Source: Vicinamibacterales bacterium (GTDB lineage: Bacteria > Acidobacteriota > Vicinamibacteria > Vicinamibacterales > JAMQPK01). Taken from it: 64,000 nt of DNA. Shown here in pieces: positions 47,711 through 56,597 of this stretch. The notes below the pieces were generated by a model. That model had not been told where the DNA came from. It was given only the letters and a program-made list of their open reading frames with translations, and did no database searches. The translations under genes were made by a program, and so were the position numbers. Position 1 is the stretch's first letter, and each line of letters starts with the position of its first letter. The stretch lies in assembly GCA_963821395.1 (NCBI GenBank), contig CAWGDY010000030.1, positions 134,195 through 198,194 of the forward strand, written 5' to 3'.

Positions 47711-49062
47711 GACAGGCTGTCGGCCGCAAGACGGCCGCTCGCGGCGGCGCCTTCGATCGTCGCGGGCAGCCCGGTCTCGATCCAGTCTCCCGCCAGGACC
47801 AGACGCGGCACCTCGGTGGCGGTCTCCGGCCGCTTCGGCTGACCAGGGGCGAGCGAAAACGTTGCGCGCCGCTCCCGGACGACCGACGCGCGCAACACCT
47901 TTGCGGCACGCGAGTCGGGCAGCGCCTCGCGAAGCTCCCGAAGCGCCAGCGCGATCAAGTCTTCGTTCTGAAACGCCATCACCTCGTCGGCGCCGCTCGA
48001 CACCAGCGTCAGATGCGACGTGTCCGATTCGAACATCTGTTCCTTGTCGAAGACCCACTGCATCACTCGACCGGGCAGGCCGAGAAACGGCGTTTGCAGT
48101 ACACGCCGGTCGAGCCAGAGGTTGACGCTCGCGATCGGGGACGGCTGGGTCGCGGCCGCGGCCTTCTGAAGTCCTTCCACCGGCGCGGTGTCGCCGGCAA
48201 ACAGGTCGCTCAGTGCGTACCACGGCACGGCGACGACGATGGCGCCGGCAACCAGGCGCATGCCGCGAGCCTCGACGTAGTCCACGTGCCCGTTCCGCAG
48301 ATGGATTCGCGCAGGCGCGCCGACGCGCACGTCGCCGCCATGTGATTCGATGAAGCGGCGCGACGGCTCCGCGTAGAGCTCGTCCAGCGGACACACCGGC
48401 AATCCGAGCGACGCGTCCCTGGGTCCGTCGCCGAACATCCGCGCGAGCACGGCGGCAAAGGGCGGGGCGGCGGCCGTCCGCACCGACTGGTTCAGCGCGG
48501 CGAGCGCCAGCGGTTCCCACAGCATCTCCCGTATGCGGGACGTCTGGCCGTTGTTGATCAGCCACTCCTGCACCGTTTCACCCGGCGACGCGGCAATGCG
48601 TGTGGGGGACTGCCCCTGCTTCCTGGCTTTCTGCTCTGCCTGCGCCATGCGAATCGGCCCGATGAGCCGCGAGGCCGCGATCCGATCGCGCCAGCCGAGC
48701 GCGGGCCAGTCGAGCAGACCTGACACAAAGTTCATGGGCGGCGGCATCGACGACAAGCGCAGCCGGCTGCGGATGCCCCCGCCGTCGACGAAGTCCACTT
48801 CGAGATTCGGCTGCACGCGCACGCGCTCTTCGCTCCCGATCTGGCGGAGAAAGGCGAACGTGTCGTCGTAGCAACCGAGCAGTACGTGCTGGCCGTTATC
48901 GACCCGCTCGCCGGTGCGCGGGTCGTCGAAGGCCGTCGCGCGCCCGCCGAGGACCGGCCTGGCCTCGAGCACCGTGACGCGTGCGCCGCGCGCGGCCACG
49001 GCGACGGCCGCGCGAAGCCCGGCCACGCCGGCGCCGATGATGAGAACGTCGGGCGATATCAT
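47707..49062 (-). CDS. hpnE: Hydroxysqualene dehydroxylase HpnE (FAD-dependent amine oxidase family)
   Basis: 451-aa ORF with FAD motif VLIIGAGVAGLRAA..VLEARPVLGGRA. It follows hpnC-hpnD. ATGA overlap with thiI. Confidence 0.82.
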   Translation of the reverse strand: MISPDVLIIGAGVAGLRAAVAVAARGARVTVLEARPVLGGRATAFDDPRTGERVDNGQHVLLGCYDDTFAFLRQIGSEERVRVQPNLEVDFVDGGGIRSRLRLSSMPPPMNFVSGLLDWPALGWRDRIAASRLIGPIRMAQAEQKARKQGQSPTRIAASPGETVQEWLINNGQTSRIREMLWEPLALAALNQSVRTAAAPPFAAVLARMFGDGPRDASLGLPVCPLDELYAEPSRRFIESHGGDVRVGAPARIHLRNGHVDYVEARGMRLVAGAIVVAVPWYALSDLFAGDTAPVEGLQKAAAATQPSPIASVNLWLDRRVLQTPFLGLPGRVMQWVFDKEQMFESDTSHLTLVSSGADEVMAFQNEDLIALALRELREALPDSRAAKVLRASVVRERRATFSLAPGQPKRPETATEVPRLVLAGDWIETGLPATIEGAAASGRLAADSLS

Positions 49063-49877
49063 TTCAGCGGTACCATCACTTTCAGCCAGGTGACACCGGC
49101 GATCAACGCCTGCCGTGGGCGCGACACCCGCACGTGCTGGCGGAAAACATCATAGCCCGCCCGCTCGATCGCGCGGAGGAGGGCATAGTAAATCGCGCCC
49201 ATGATACGCGCGGATATCAGCCGGCGCTCGTCATGGCGCGGCAGCGCCGCCTCGGCTTTCTTGTAGAACGTCCGCGCGCGCTCCACCTCATAGGCCAGCA
49301 GCTGCCGGACCTTCTCGGTCACCACGCCCGCCCGCAGGTCCGCCTCGGTGCACCCGAAACGCTCGAGATCCTGCGCCGGGATGTAGAGCCGGCCCCGGTC
49401 CAGATCGGACGCCACGTCGCGCACGATGTTGGTCAGCTGCAGCGCAATCCCGAGATCGATCGCGTAGTCGCGCGTCTGCAGATCGCGGTATCCGAAGATC
49501 TCCACGCAGATCAGGCCCACCGCCGACGCGACGCGCAGACAGTACTGCCGCAGTTCGTCGAAGGTCTGGTAGCGGGTATGGCGGAGATCCATCGCGACGC
49601 CGTCGATCAAATCCTCGAACGCCGACCGCGGCAGCGTAAACCGCGAAATGTACGGCAGGAGCTGGCGTCCCTGCGGGGTGGCGGGCTCGCGCCCCTCGTA
49701 CAACCGCGCGACTTCGTCGCGCCACCCGGTCAGGGCACTCGCGGGATCCCGATCGCCGGGCTCGTCCACCGCATCGTCGACGGCCCGGCAGAAATCCCAG
49801 ACCGCGACGATGGCGTTGCGCTTGTCAGCGGGAAGCGCCAGGAACGCATAGTAGAAGCTCGTCGCGCGCCCGCTCAT
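49059..49877 (-). CDS. hpnD: Presqualene diphosphate synthase HpnD (squalene/phytoene synthase family)
   Basis: ATG at 49877 (MSGRATSFYYAFLALP). Asp-rich motifs AVDDAVD and DVASDLDRGRLYIP. ATGA overlap with the hpnC stop. Confidence 0.82.
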   Translation of the reverse strand: MSGRATSFYYAFLALPADKRNAIVAVWDFCRAVDDAVDEPGDRDPASALTGWRDEVARLYEGREPATPQGRQLLPYISRFTLPRSAFEDLIDGVAMDLRHTRYQTFDELRQYCLRVASAVGLICVEIFGYRDLQTRDYAIDLGIALQLTNIVRDVASDLDRGRLYIPAQDLERFGCTEADLRAGVVTEKVRQLLAYEVERARTFYKKAEAALPRHDERRLISARIMGAIYYALLRAIERAGYDVFRQHVRVSRPRQALIAGVTWLKVMVPLK

Positions 49878-50791
49878 GGTTCTGCCGCCGCTCCTCCGCG
49901 CCGCCGGCGGCTCCAGGCCAGGGTTCGCCACAGCAATGAGGGCGCGTCGGCCACGCCGAGCGTCGGCCTGGACGTGAACACGTCGTAGTCGCGCTGCTCC
50001 AGGCGATCGAGAATCTGCATGCCGCCGAGCCACGTGACGCGGAGCTCGTGCCGGAGCCGGCCATCGACGAGGTCGCAGACCTCGCGCCCGCCCTCGAACA
50101 GCTCGCGCGTGCGGGTCGCGACGCCGCGTAACACCCGATGCCAGCCTTCGGTGAGACGCCGATCGTCGAGGTCGCGGAACTGGGCGTTCTCGGCGCGCAC
50201 ATCATCGAGCGGCACGTAGAGACGCCCCTTCTGCCAGTCGCGGTCGAAGTCCTGCCAGAAGTTCGTCAACTGCAGCGCCGTGCAGAGCGCGTCGGACGAT
50301 CGATCGAGGCGGGCGTCGCGGTGCCCCGCGATGCGCAGCACGAGCCGGCCGACCGGATTCGCCGAGCGCCGGCAGTAGTCGAGCACGCCGCTCCACGTGG
50401 CGTATCGATGCGTCGTGATATCCTGACGAAACGCGCTGAGCAGATCGTCGAAGAGCGACACCGGAAGATCGCAGTCACGGATGGTCGTGCCGAGCGCGAG
50501 AAACACACGATCCTCTGGATGGTCCCGCCTTACGCACGCGTGCAGCCGATGCTGCCAGTCGTCCAGCAACCGAAGCCGCTCATCGGCCGAATGCTGACCT
50601 TCGTCGGCGAAGTCGTCGGCGGTTCGCGCAAACGCATACAGCGCGGCCACGTGCGGACGCATGCGCGCCGGCAGCAGCCACGAGGCCACCGGGAAATTCT
50701 CGTAGTGCGCGCGTGCGAGCCGCTCGCACTCGGCGTAGGCCGCCCGCACCGACGCCGCGTCAGGCCCGGTCACGTGATCTCGTATCGGCAA
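49874..50791 (-). CDS. hpnC: Hydroxysqualene synthase HpnC (squalene/phytoene synthase family)
   Basis: 305-aa ORF with YENFPVASWLLP, RTADDFADE and LTNFWQDFDRDWQKGRLYVP. Confidence 0.82.
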   Translation of the reverse strand: MPIRDHVTGPDAASVRAAYAECERLARAHYENFPVASWLLPARMRPHVAALYAFARTADDFADEGQHSADERLRLLDDWQHRLHACVRRDHPEDRVFLALGTTIRDCDLPVSLFDDLLSAFRQDITTHRYATWSGVLDYCRRSANPVGRLVLRIAGHRDARLDRSSDALCTALQLTNFWQDFDRDWQKGRLYVPLDDVRAENAQFRDLDDRRLTEGWHRVLRGVATRTRELFEGGREVCDLVDGRLRHELRVTWLGGMQILDRLEQRDYDVFTSRPTLGVADAPSLLWRTLAWSRRRRGGAAAEP

Positions 50792-50823
50792 GACGGATAT
50801 TGTAGCGGACCGGTCGCACCCTC

Positions 50824-51309
50824 ATGCGCGACCTGCTAGCGGCGCTCGTCGCCGCCGCGCTCATCTTCGCCGCCTTGAGCCTGCTGACGACGCTGCATTT
50901 CTACCGGAAGCGTCATCAGCGCGCGCGCGAGCGGGAGCTCGGCCGGGGCCGGACGATCATCGTCGAACTGCCGACCGATCCCGAACTGACGCTGTTCACG
51001 GAAGATGAGGAGCACTTCTATTACGGCGCCACCGCGATCGACAAGGGCGCGATTGTGGCCGTGCGGGTGCTCATCAACGGATCGCCCATCGCGGCGTTCG
51101 TGTCGCCCCGCTGGAGCGGCGCGGCGCGCCAGCCGACCGCCTTCGAGGACCGCCCGGAAGGCATCGCACGCGATCGATGGGACGTCGCCATCGAGACGGC
51201 AGGCGGGACGGTGCTCGTGGAATGCGGCGCCGTGCGCGAGCGCGTGTCTCAGGAACTTGCGAGAAAAATCTTCGACGCGGTCAAACTGGACCTCGAAAAG
51301 CGGTGCTGA
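50824..51309 (+). CDS. Hypothetical membrane-anchored protein
   Basis: 161-aa ORF with one N-terminal TM helix (LLAALVAAALIFAALSLLTTL). I recognise no family motif. Confidence 0.45.
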   Translation: MRDLLAALVAAALIFAALSLLTTLHFYRKRHQRARERELGRGRTIIVELPTDPELTLFTEDEEHFYYGATAIDKGAIVAVRVLINGSPIAAFVSPRWSGAARQPTAFEDRPEGIARDRWDVAIETAGGTVLVECGAVRERVSQELARKIFDAVKLDLEKRC

Positions 51310-51313
51310 CCCC

Positions 51314-51857
51314 TTACCATTCGACTTCCGGCTGGCCCGCGCGATGATTGACGACGCGCGCCACGACGAACAACAGGTCCGACAGCCGGTTCACGTACGC
51401 CAGCAGATGCGGTTCGACGTGCTCGGCGCCGAGCGCCACGATCGACGCGTTCGGCGCGCCGGCAGACGGTCCGCGAGAAATGCAGCAGAGCGCCGGCGCG
51501 ATTGCCGCCGGGCAGGATGAAACGGCGCAGGGGCGGGAGCTCGCCTTCGAACCGATCGATCCAGTCTTCGAGACGCTGGACGTCCACATCGGTGACGGCC
51601 ACTTTCGTGACGCGATCGGCGATCTTCTCGGCCGGGTCGGCCAGTCGCGCGCCGATGGCGAACAGGTCCTTCTGAAGCTGTTCGAGCATCGCTGCCACAT
51701 CGCCCGCCAGCTCGCTTTGCGCGCGCACGGCGCCGAGACAGGCGTTGAGCTCGTCGACATCGCCGTACGCGGCGACGCGGGGATCGGCTTTCGACACGCG
51801 CTGACCTCCAAACAACGCCGTCCCGCCGGCATCGCCGGTGCGCGTGTAAATCTTCAT
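51314..51857 (-). pseudogene. ATP:cob(I)alamin adenosyltransferase, PduO type, with a +1 frameshift near 51450 (or a sequencing error)
   Basis: MKIYTRTGDAGGTALFGGQRVSKADPRVAAYGDVDELNA..FILPGGNRAGALLHFSRTVCRRAER is in the frame of ORF 51249..52058. The conserved end SIVALGAEHVEPHLLAYVNRLSDLLFVVAR is in ORF 51314..51832. Confidence 0.85.
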
Positions 51858-52572
51858 GGCCGTCAGTATACGTAATAAGAAGAAGCCGCAGGCGGAGGTT
51901 CCGCGCCCTCCGGCCCGTCGCACGTTTCGCCGGAAGCTCCTGGATTGGTACGACCGGAACGGCCGCACGCTCCCCTGGCGCGAAACGTCGGACCCGTACC
52001 ACATCCTGGTGTCCGAGATCATGCTGCAGCAGACGCAGGTCGATCGCGTGCTGCCCAAGTATCACGAGTGGCTCGACCGTTATCCGTCGCTCGAGGCGCT
52101 GGCGGATGCCCCCGAAACGGATGTCACCAACACGTGGTATCCGCTCGGCTACAACATCAGGCCCAAGCGGCTGCAGGCCATCGCCCGCGAGGCGGTCGCA
52201 CACTACGGCGGCAAGTTGCCGTCTGATGAAGCGACGCTGCTGTCGTTCAAGGGCATCGGCGCGTACACTGCCGGCGCCATTCGCAGCTTCGCGTTCCGCG
52301 AGCGCGCCGCGATTCTCGATACCAACGTCGCGCGCGTGCTGTTCCGCGTCTTCATCGGCAAAGGCGTGCCGAAAGCGCACGCGACCAAAAAGACGCTCTG
52401 GAGCATTTCCGCGGCGCTGGTGCCGCACCGCCGGGCGTTCGACTTCAACCAGGCGCTCATGGATTTCGGCGCCACGCTCTGTACGGCCAGAAAACCAAAG
52501 TGCCTGATCTGCCCCATGACGTCCCAGTGCGAGGCCTATCCGCACAATCCTGAAAACGAAAGACATGCCTGA
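51856..52572 (+). CDS. A/G-specific adenine glycosylase-like protein (MutY catalytic HhH-GPD/FeS domain only)
   Basis: 238-aa ORF with LPWRETSDPYHILVSEIMLQQTQV, GIGAYTAGAI, LDTNVARV and an FeS loop CTARKPKCLICPMTSQC. There is no C-terminal NUDIX-like domain. Confidence 0.8.
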   Translation: MAVSIRNKKKPQAEVPRPPARRTFRRKLLDWYDRNGRTLPWRETSDPYHILVSEIMLQQTQVDRVLPKYHEWLDRYPSLEALADAPETDVTNTWYPLGYNIRPKRLQAIAREAVAHYGGKLPSDEATLLSFKGIGAYTAGAIRSFAFRERAAILDTNVARVLFRVFIGKGVPKAHATKKTLWSISAALVPHRRAFDFNQALMDFGATLCTARKPKCLICPMTSQCEAYPHNPENERHA

Positions 52573-52957
52573 GCGCATCGTCGTCGTCGCGGCCGTCGTC
52601 GAGCGCAACGGACGGTTCCTGGTGACCCGCCGGCTCGACGGCACGCATCTCGCCGGCTGCTGGGAATTTCCCGGCGGCAAGGTGCACGAGGGCGAAACGC
52701 ACGAAGCGGCGCTGGCGCGCGAAATCTCGGAAGAGCTGAACGCAGGCATTTCGAACCTGCGGAAGATCTTTCATACCGCTCACACGTACCCTGAACGCAC
52801 GGTCGAGCTGCACTTTTTTCGCGGTGAGCTGACGGGCGATCCGGAACCGATGCTGGGTCAGGCACTCCGGTGGATCGCCCGCGACGAGTTCACGTCGATG
52901 GACTTTCCGCCTGCCGATGCGGAGCTAATCGACGGTTTGGTGCACGCGAGCCTGTGA
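52565..52957 (+). CDS. NUDIX hydrolase, MutT-like (8-oxo-dGTP diphosphatase family)
   Basis: 130-aa ORF with NUDIX box PGGKVHEGETHEAALAREISEELNAGI. Overlaps the upstream gene by 8 nt. Confidence 0.85.
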   Translation: MPERIVVVAAVVERNGRFLVTRRLDGTHLAGCWEFPGGKVHEGETHEAALAREISEELNAGISNLRKIFHTAHTYPERTVELHFFRGELTGDPEPMLGQALRWIARDEFTSMDFPPADAELIDGLVHASL

Positions 52958-53888
52958 GCCGTTGACCGTCAGCGCGGTACCGGCCGCCGCATAGTCGCGC
53001 TGGACGTAGCCCAGCGCCAGCGCCGAACCCAGCTTCGGCGACTCCGTTGCGCTGGTCATCTCGCCGACCTGCCGATCGCCGGCACAGAATGGCGTCGCCC
53101 GGTCCGGGCACGCGTCCGGCCGGCAGCACGATCGACACCAGACGACGGGCGACGCGGCCGTGGCCGCGGTGCGTGACCCGCACGATGACTTCCTGGCCGA
53201 CGTAACACCCCTTGGTAAAACTGATGGCCCGATCCTCGATGCCGGCTTCGAGCGGAATGGTGTCGGTCGTCATGTCGAGACCGAAGCGCGGGCGGCCGGC
53301 TTCGATGCGCAACGTCTCGTATGTCCCGGCGCTCGCGGTGACGGCGCCTCCATCCGACAGTTTTTCGCGCAGGACGTGCGCCTCTGCCGAAGGCACATGG
53401 ATGTCGAATCCCGCCAGCGCGAGGGCGTCGTCACGCACGATCGTCACGTCGCCAGATGTCACGTTGTCGTACTGATTCGCAAGCGTGTCGACAGACAGGC
53501 CGGTCGCACGCTGCGTCAGCGCCGGCGCGGATGGTCCGTGCACGCCGATCACTTCGATCGCGCGGCTGACGTCGACGACCTGCACGTCTTCCGAAAAGAT
53601 CAACGAGTCGAGTCGCCGGGCCAGCCCGTCGGCGACTTCGCGTTCGACGCCCAGCAGGATGCGGCTCCCGGTTTCGATGACGCGCATGTCCGAGATCATG
53701 CGGCCCTGCGGCGTGAGGTAGGCGGCATACGTGCCCTTGCCCGGCGTCAACCCCGCGATGTCGTTGGTGAGCAGCGCATGCAGGAACGTCCGGCGATCGG
53801 CGCCGGTGAGCGCGATGGTTCCGAGCGCCGACCGATCGATCATCACGGCCGACGTGCGGGCAGCGGTGTACTGGCTGAGAGAAAACAT
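52925..53888 (-). pseudogene. ygfZ: Folate-binding protein YgfZ / GcvT-family, with a +1 frameshift near 53081 (or a sequencing error)
   Basis: ORF 52890..53888 carries the signature KGCYVGQE. After ..GDAILC the frame gives junk. Shifting frame yields the conserved tail GDRQVGEMTSATESPKLGSALALGYVQRDYAAAGTALTVNG and a TAG at 52925-52927. Confidence 0.8.
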
Positions 53889-53900
53889 CTGCTATCCTGA

Positions 53901-55598
53901 TTGCGAGTGCCCTTTCCCAAATATCTTACCGTTGTTGCGGCGCTCATCGTCGCAACCGGCATCCGCCCGGACGCTCAAAGCACCTCTGCCAGCACCTTCC
54001 GCGTGTTTCTGCGCGGCGCCGACACTGGCGTCGAGGAAGTCACCGTCTTCGAATCGGCCGAAGGCTGGACGCTCCGGGGATCCGGACGGCTGCGCGCGCC
54101 GATCAACGTCGCGATCGACTACTGGGAGGCCAGGTACGATCCCGCGTGGAAGCCGATCGAGCTGACGGTCAACATGAGCGCCGCCTCGAAGAAGTGGACG
54201 ATTCGCACGAACTTCGCCGGCTCGACCGCGTCGAGCGACATCAATCAGGACGGCCAGTCTCAACAGCGGGAGAACACCGTCGCCCCGGACACGATCGTGG
54301 TGCCGAGCCTCGTGTTTGGTGCGTACGAGGCGCTGGCCGCCAGGCTGCCGTCGCAGAAGCCCGGCGGGAAGCTCGAAATCTTCATCGCACCGCAGGATAC
54401 CGTTTCCGTTACGGTAAACACCGTCACCGACGAAACCATTCAGGTTCCCGGCCGGACGATCGCCGCGCGGCGCTGGAAGCTGCTGCTCGGTGAGAGCGGC
54501 GCCACGCTCGACATGGACGTCTGGACCGACGGAAACCGGTTCCTTCGGCTCGACCTCCCCTCGCAGATGCTCAGCGTCGTGCGCGACGACATCGCCGGCG
54601 TCGCGGCGCGTCTGGTCACGATGGCGCGACCGAACGACGAAGACGTCTCTGTTCCCGCAAACGGGTTCAGCCTCGCCGCGACCGTCTCGAGACCGCTCGA
54701 CGCGGCTCAGGCGGCGCCCGCGCCGGGAAGAAAGCCGGCGCCGGTGCGTCTGCCGGCAGTCGTCCTGGTGTCGGGGTCGGCTCCAAGCGATCGCGACGAA
54801 TTCGTTGCCGGGATTCCGTTGTTCGCGCAGTTTGCGAATGCGTTCGCCGACGCGGGGTTCGTCGTCGCACGATACGACGAGCGCGGCACCGGGCAGAGCG
54901 GCGGCCGGCAGGAGGCGGCGACGTTGCAGGAGTTTGCCGCCGACGCGCGTGCCGTCTTCACGTATCTGTCGAAGCGCCGCGATGTGGATCCAAAACGCAT
55001 CGCCCTTGTCGGGTACGGCGAGGGCGGCTGGATTTCGCTGCTCGCCGGCGAACTGGAGCAGAAGATCGCCGCCATGGCACTCGTGGCAACCCCATCGATT
55101 GCCGGAACGGAGCTGGTGCTCGAACAGCAGCGGGTGTTCTTCGAACGTGGCGGCGAGGCCAACAGCCCGCCGCTGGAGGCCGCGATCGAGCAGCAGAAAA
55201 AGATCATGGACGCCGTGATCACCGGAAAGGGCTGGGAGAACCTCACGGTGGATGTCCGGCGCCGCGTCGACACACCGCTCTACCGCAGTTTTCTGCAGTT
55301 CGATCCGTCGAAGACGCTGGCGCGCGTTCGCCAGCCGATCCTGGTCGTGCAGCCGATGCTCGATCGCGAGTTGCCGGTTCATCACGGCGACGAGCTCGCC
55401 CAGCTCGCGCGATCGCGCCCACGCGCGGCGGCGACCGATTTCGTCCAGTTGGCGGGTCTCAACCATATCCTCGCGCACGCCGTCACCGGCGACGTCGCCG
55501 AATATGGCACACTGGCACAACGCAGCATCAGTCCTGAGGCCACGCGCGAACTCACCGCGTGGCTCATCAAAACGTTGCCGGCGCCCCCGTCAAAATAG
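53901..55598 (+). CDS. Secreted two-domain protein with a C-terminal alpha/beta-hydrolase fold that lacks the nucleophile serine
   Basis: 565-aa ORF with a signal-like N-terminus. The C-terminal hydrolase fold includes VVLVSGSAPSDRDE and ARYDERGTGQSGG. The nucleophile elbow reads GYGEGG (55011-55025) where GHSEGG-type is expected. Confidence 0.7.
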   Translation: MRVPFPKYLTVVAALIVATGIRPDAQSTSASTFRVFLRGADTGVEEVTVFESAEGWTLRGSGRLRAPINVAIDYWEARYDPAWKPIELTVNMSAASKKWTIRTNFAGSTASSDINQDGQSQQRENTVAPDTIVVPSLVFGAYEALAARLPSQKPGGKLEIFIAPQDTVSVTVNTVTDETIQVPGRTIAARRWKLLLGESGATLDMDVWTDGNRFLRLDLPSQMLSVVRDDIAGVAARLVTMARPNDEDVSVPANGFSLAATVSRPLDAAQAAPAPGRKPAPVRLPAVVLVSGSAPSDRDEFVAGIPLFAQFANAFADAGFVVARYDERGTGQSGGRQEAATLQEFAADARAVFTYLSKRRDVDPKRIALVGYGEGGWISLLAGELEQKIAAMALVATPSIAGTELVLEQQRVFFERGGEANSPPLEAAIEQQKKIMDAVITGKGWENLTVDVRRRVDTPLYRSFLQFDPSKTLARVRQPILVVQPMLDRELPVHHGDELAQLARSRPRAAATDFVQLAGLNHILAHAVTGDVAEYGTLAQRSISPEATRELTAWLIKTLPAPPSK

Positions 55599-55892
55599 AT
55601 GTGGATTCTGGAAACGAACGATCCCGCCAGCCCGACCGTGAAGTTCCGGCTGCCGGCCGGCTCCATCAAAACGCTCGGCCGCGCGACCGGCGCGGAATTC
55701 ATCGTCGATTTCGCGCTCGTGTCCCGGCTGCACTGCCAGTTGACTGCCACGGCCGATTCCCTCGAGGTCAAGGATCTCGGCAGCACCAACGGCACGTTCG
55801 TCAACGGGAAGCGGGTGAAGACGGCGGCGCTCAAGAGCGGCGACAAACTTTCCGTCGGCCGCTGCGAGCTCGTCGTGTCGTGGGAGGAGTAG
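55599..55892 (+). CDS. FHA domain protein (stand-alone, 97 aa)
   Basis: Motifs LGRATGAEFIV..VSRLHCQL..VKDLGSTNGTFVNGKRV. The ATG directly abuts the upstream TAG. Confidence 0.85.
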   Translation: MWILETNDPASPTVKFRLPAGSIKTLGRATGAEFIVDFALVSRLHCQLTATADSLEVKDLGSTNGTFVNGKRVKTAALKSGDKLSVGRCELVVSWEE

Positions 55893-55894
55893 GA

Positions 55895-55949
55895 AGGGGT
55901 CGGGAGGGGTTTCTCAGCAAGTTTCCGGCGAAAACCCCTCCCGACCCCT
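55895..55949. terminator. Perfect 18-bp GC-rich hairpin between convergent genes (bidirectional terminator candidate, no U-tract)
   Basis: AGGGGTCGGGAGGGGTTT (55895-55912) is the exact reverse complement of AAACCCCTCCCGACCCCT (55932-55949), with a 19-nt loop. Confidence 0.6.
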
Positions 55950-55955
55950 ATCGTC

Positions 55956-56594
55956 CTACCGCAGGAACGGATTGGTGCGGCGCTCGGCGCCGATGGTGGT
56001 TTGCGGGCCGTGGCCCGAGTGCACCCTGGCGTCGTCTCCGAATGGAAACAGCACCTGTGTAATCGATCGAAGCAGCGTCGCGTAGTCGCCTCCTGGCAGA
56101 TCGGTGCGGCCGATCGACCCGGCGAACAACGTATCGCCGACGAAGAGATCCTGCTTCTTCATACCCCGCCGCCCCACGGCGAGGCAGACGCCGCCCGGGC
56201 AATGCCCCGGGGTGTGGTGCACGCTGACCTCGTACTCACCGAATGACAGCTGCGTGTCCGGGGCGTAGTAGTGGTCGATCGGGGGCAGCTCGCCGCATTG
56301 CACTCCAAAAAACAGCGCCTGCTGAGGTGCGGCGTCGTAGAGAAACTGATCGTCGCGATGCAGGTACACGGGGACGTCCAGCGCCTTCCGCGCCGGCCCC
56401 ACACCAGTGACGTGATCGATGTGGGCGTGCGTCAGCAGGATGCTCTGCACCGCGAAGGATCGGCTGTCGATGATCTCGAGCAACGCGTGCACTTCGTCGC
56501 CGGGGTCGATCACGATCGCTTCCCCGGTCGTCTCGCACGCCACGACATAGCCGTTCTTCTGGAACGGCGGTACCGAGCGCGTTTCGATGACCAT
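55956..56594 (-). CDS. MBL-fold hydrolase (hydroxyacylglutathione hydrolase/YcbL-like)
   Basis: 212-aa ORF with THAHIDH, HTPGHCPG and GDTLFAGSIGRTD. Confidence 0.85.
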   Translation of the reverse strand: MVIETRSVPPFQKNGYVVACETTGEAIVIDPGDEVHALLEIIDSRSFAVQSILLTHAHIDHVTGVGPARKALDVPVYLHRDDQFLYDAAPQQALFFGVQCGELPPIDHYYAPDTQLSFGEYEVSVHHTPGHCPGGVCLAVGRRGMKKQDLFVGDTLFAGSIGRTDLPGGDYATLLRSITQVLFPFGDDARVHSGHGPQTTIGAERRTNPFLR

Positions 56595-56597
56595 GCG

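Noticed and set aside
46511-48565. 684-aa ORF suggesting an N-terminally extended ThiI.
   Set aside because: Only the last 399 codons (from the ATG at 47710) are ThiI. The upstream part overlaps hpnE out of frame and is compositionally junk. An ATGA coupling with the hpnE stop supports 47710 as the start.
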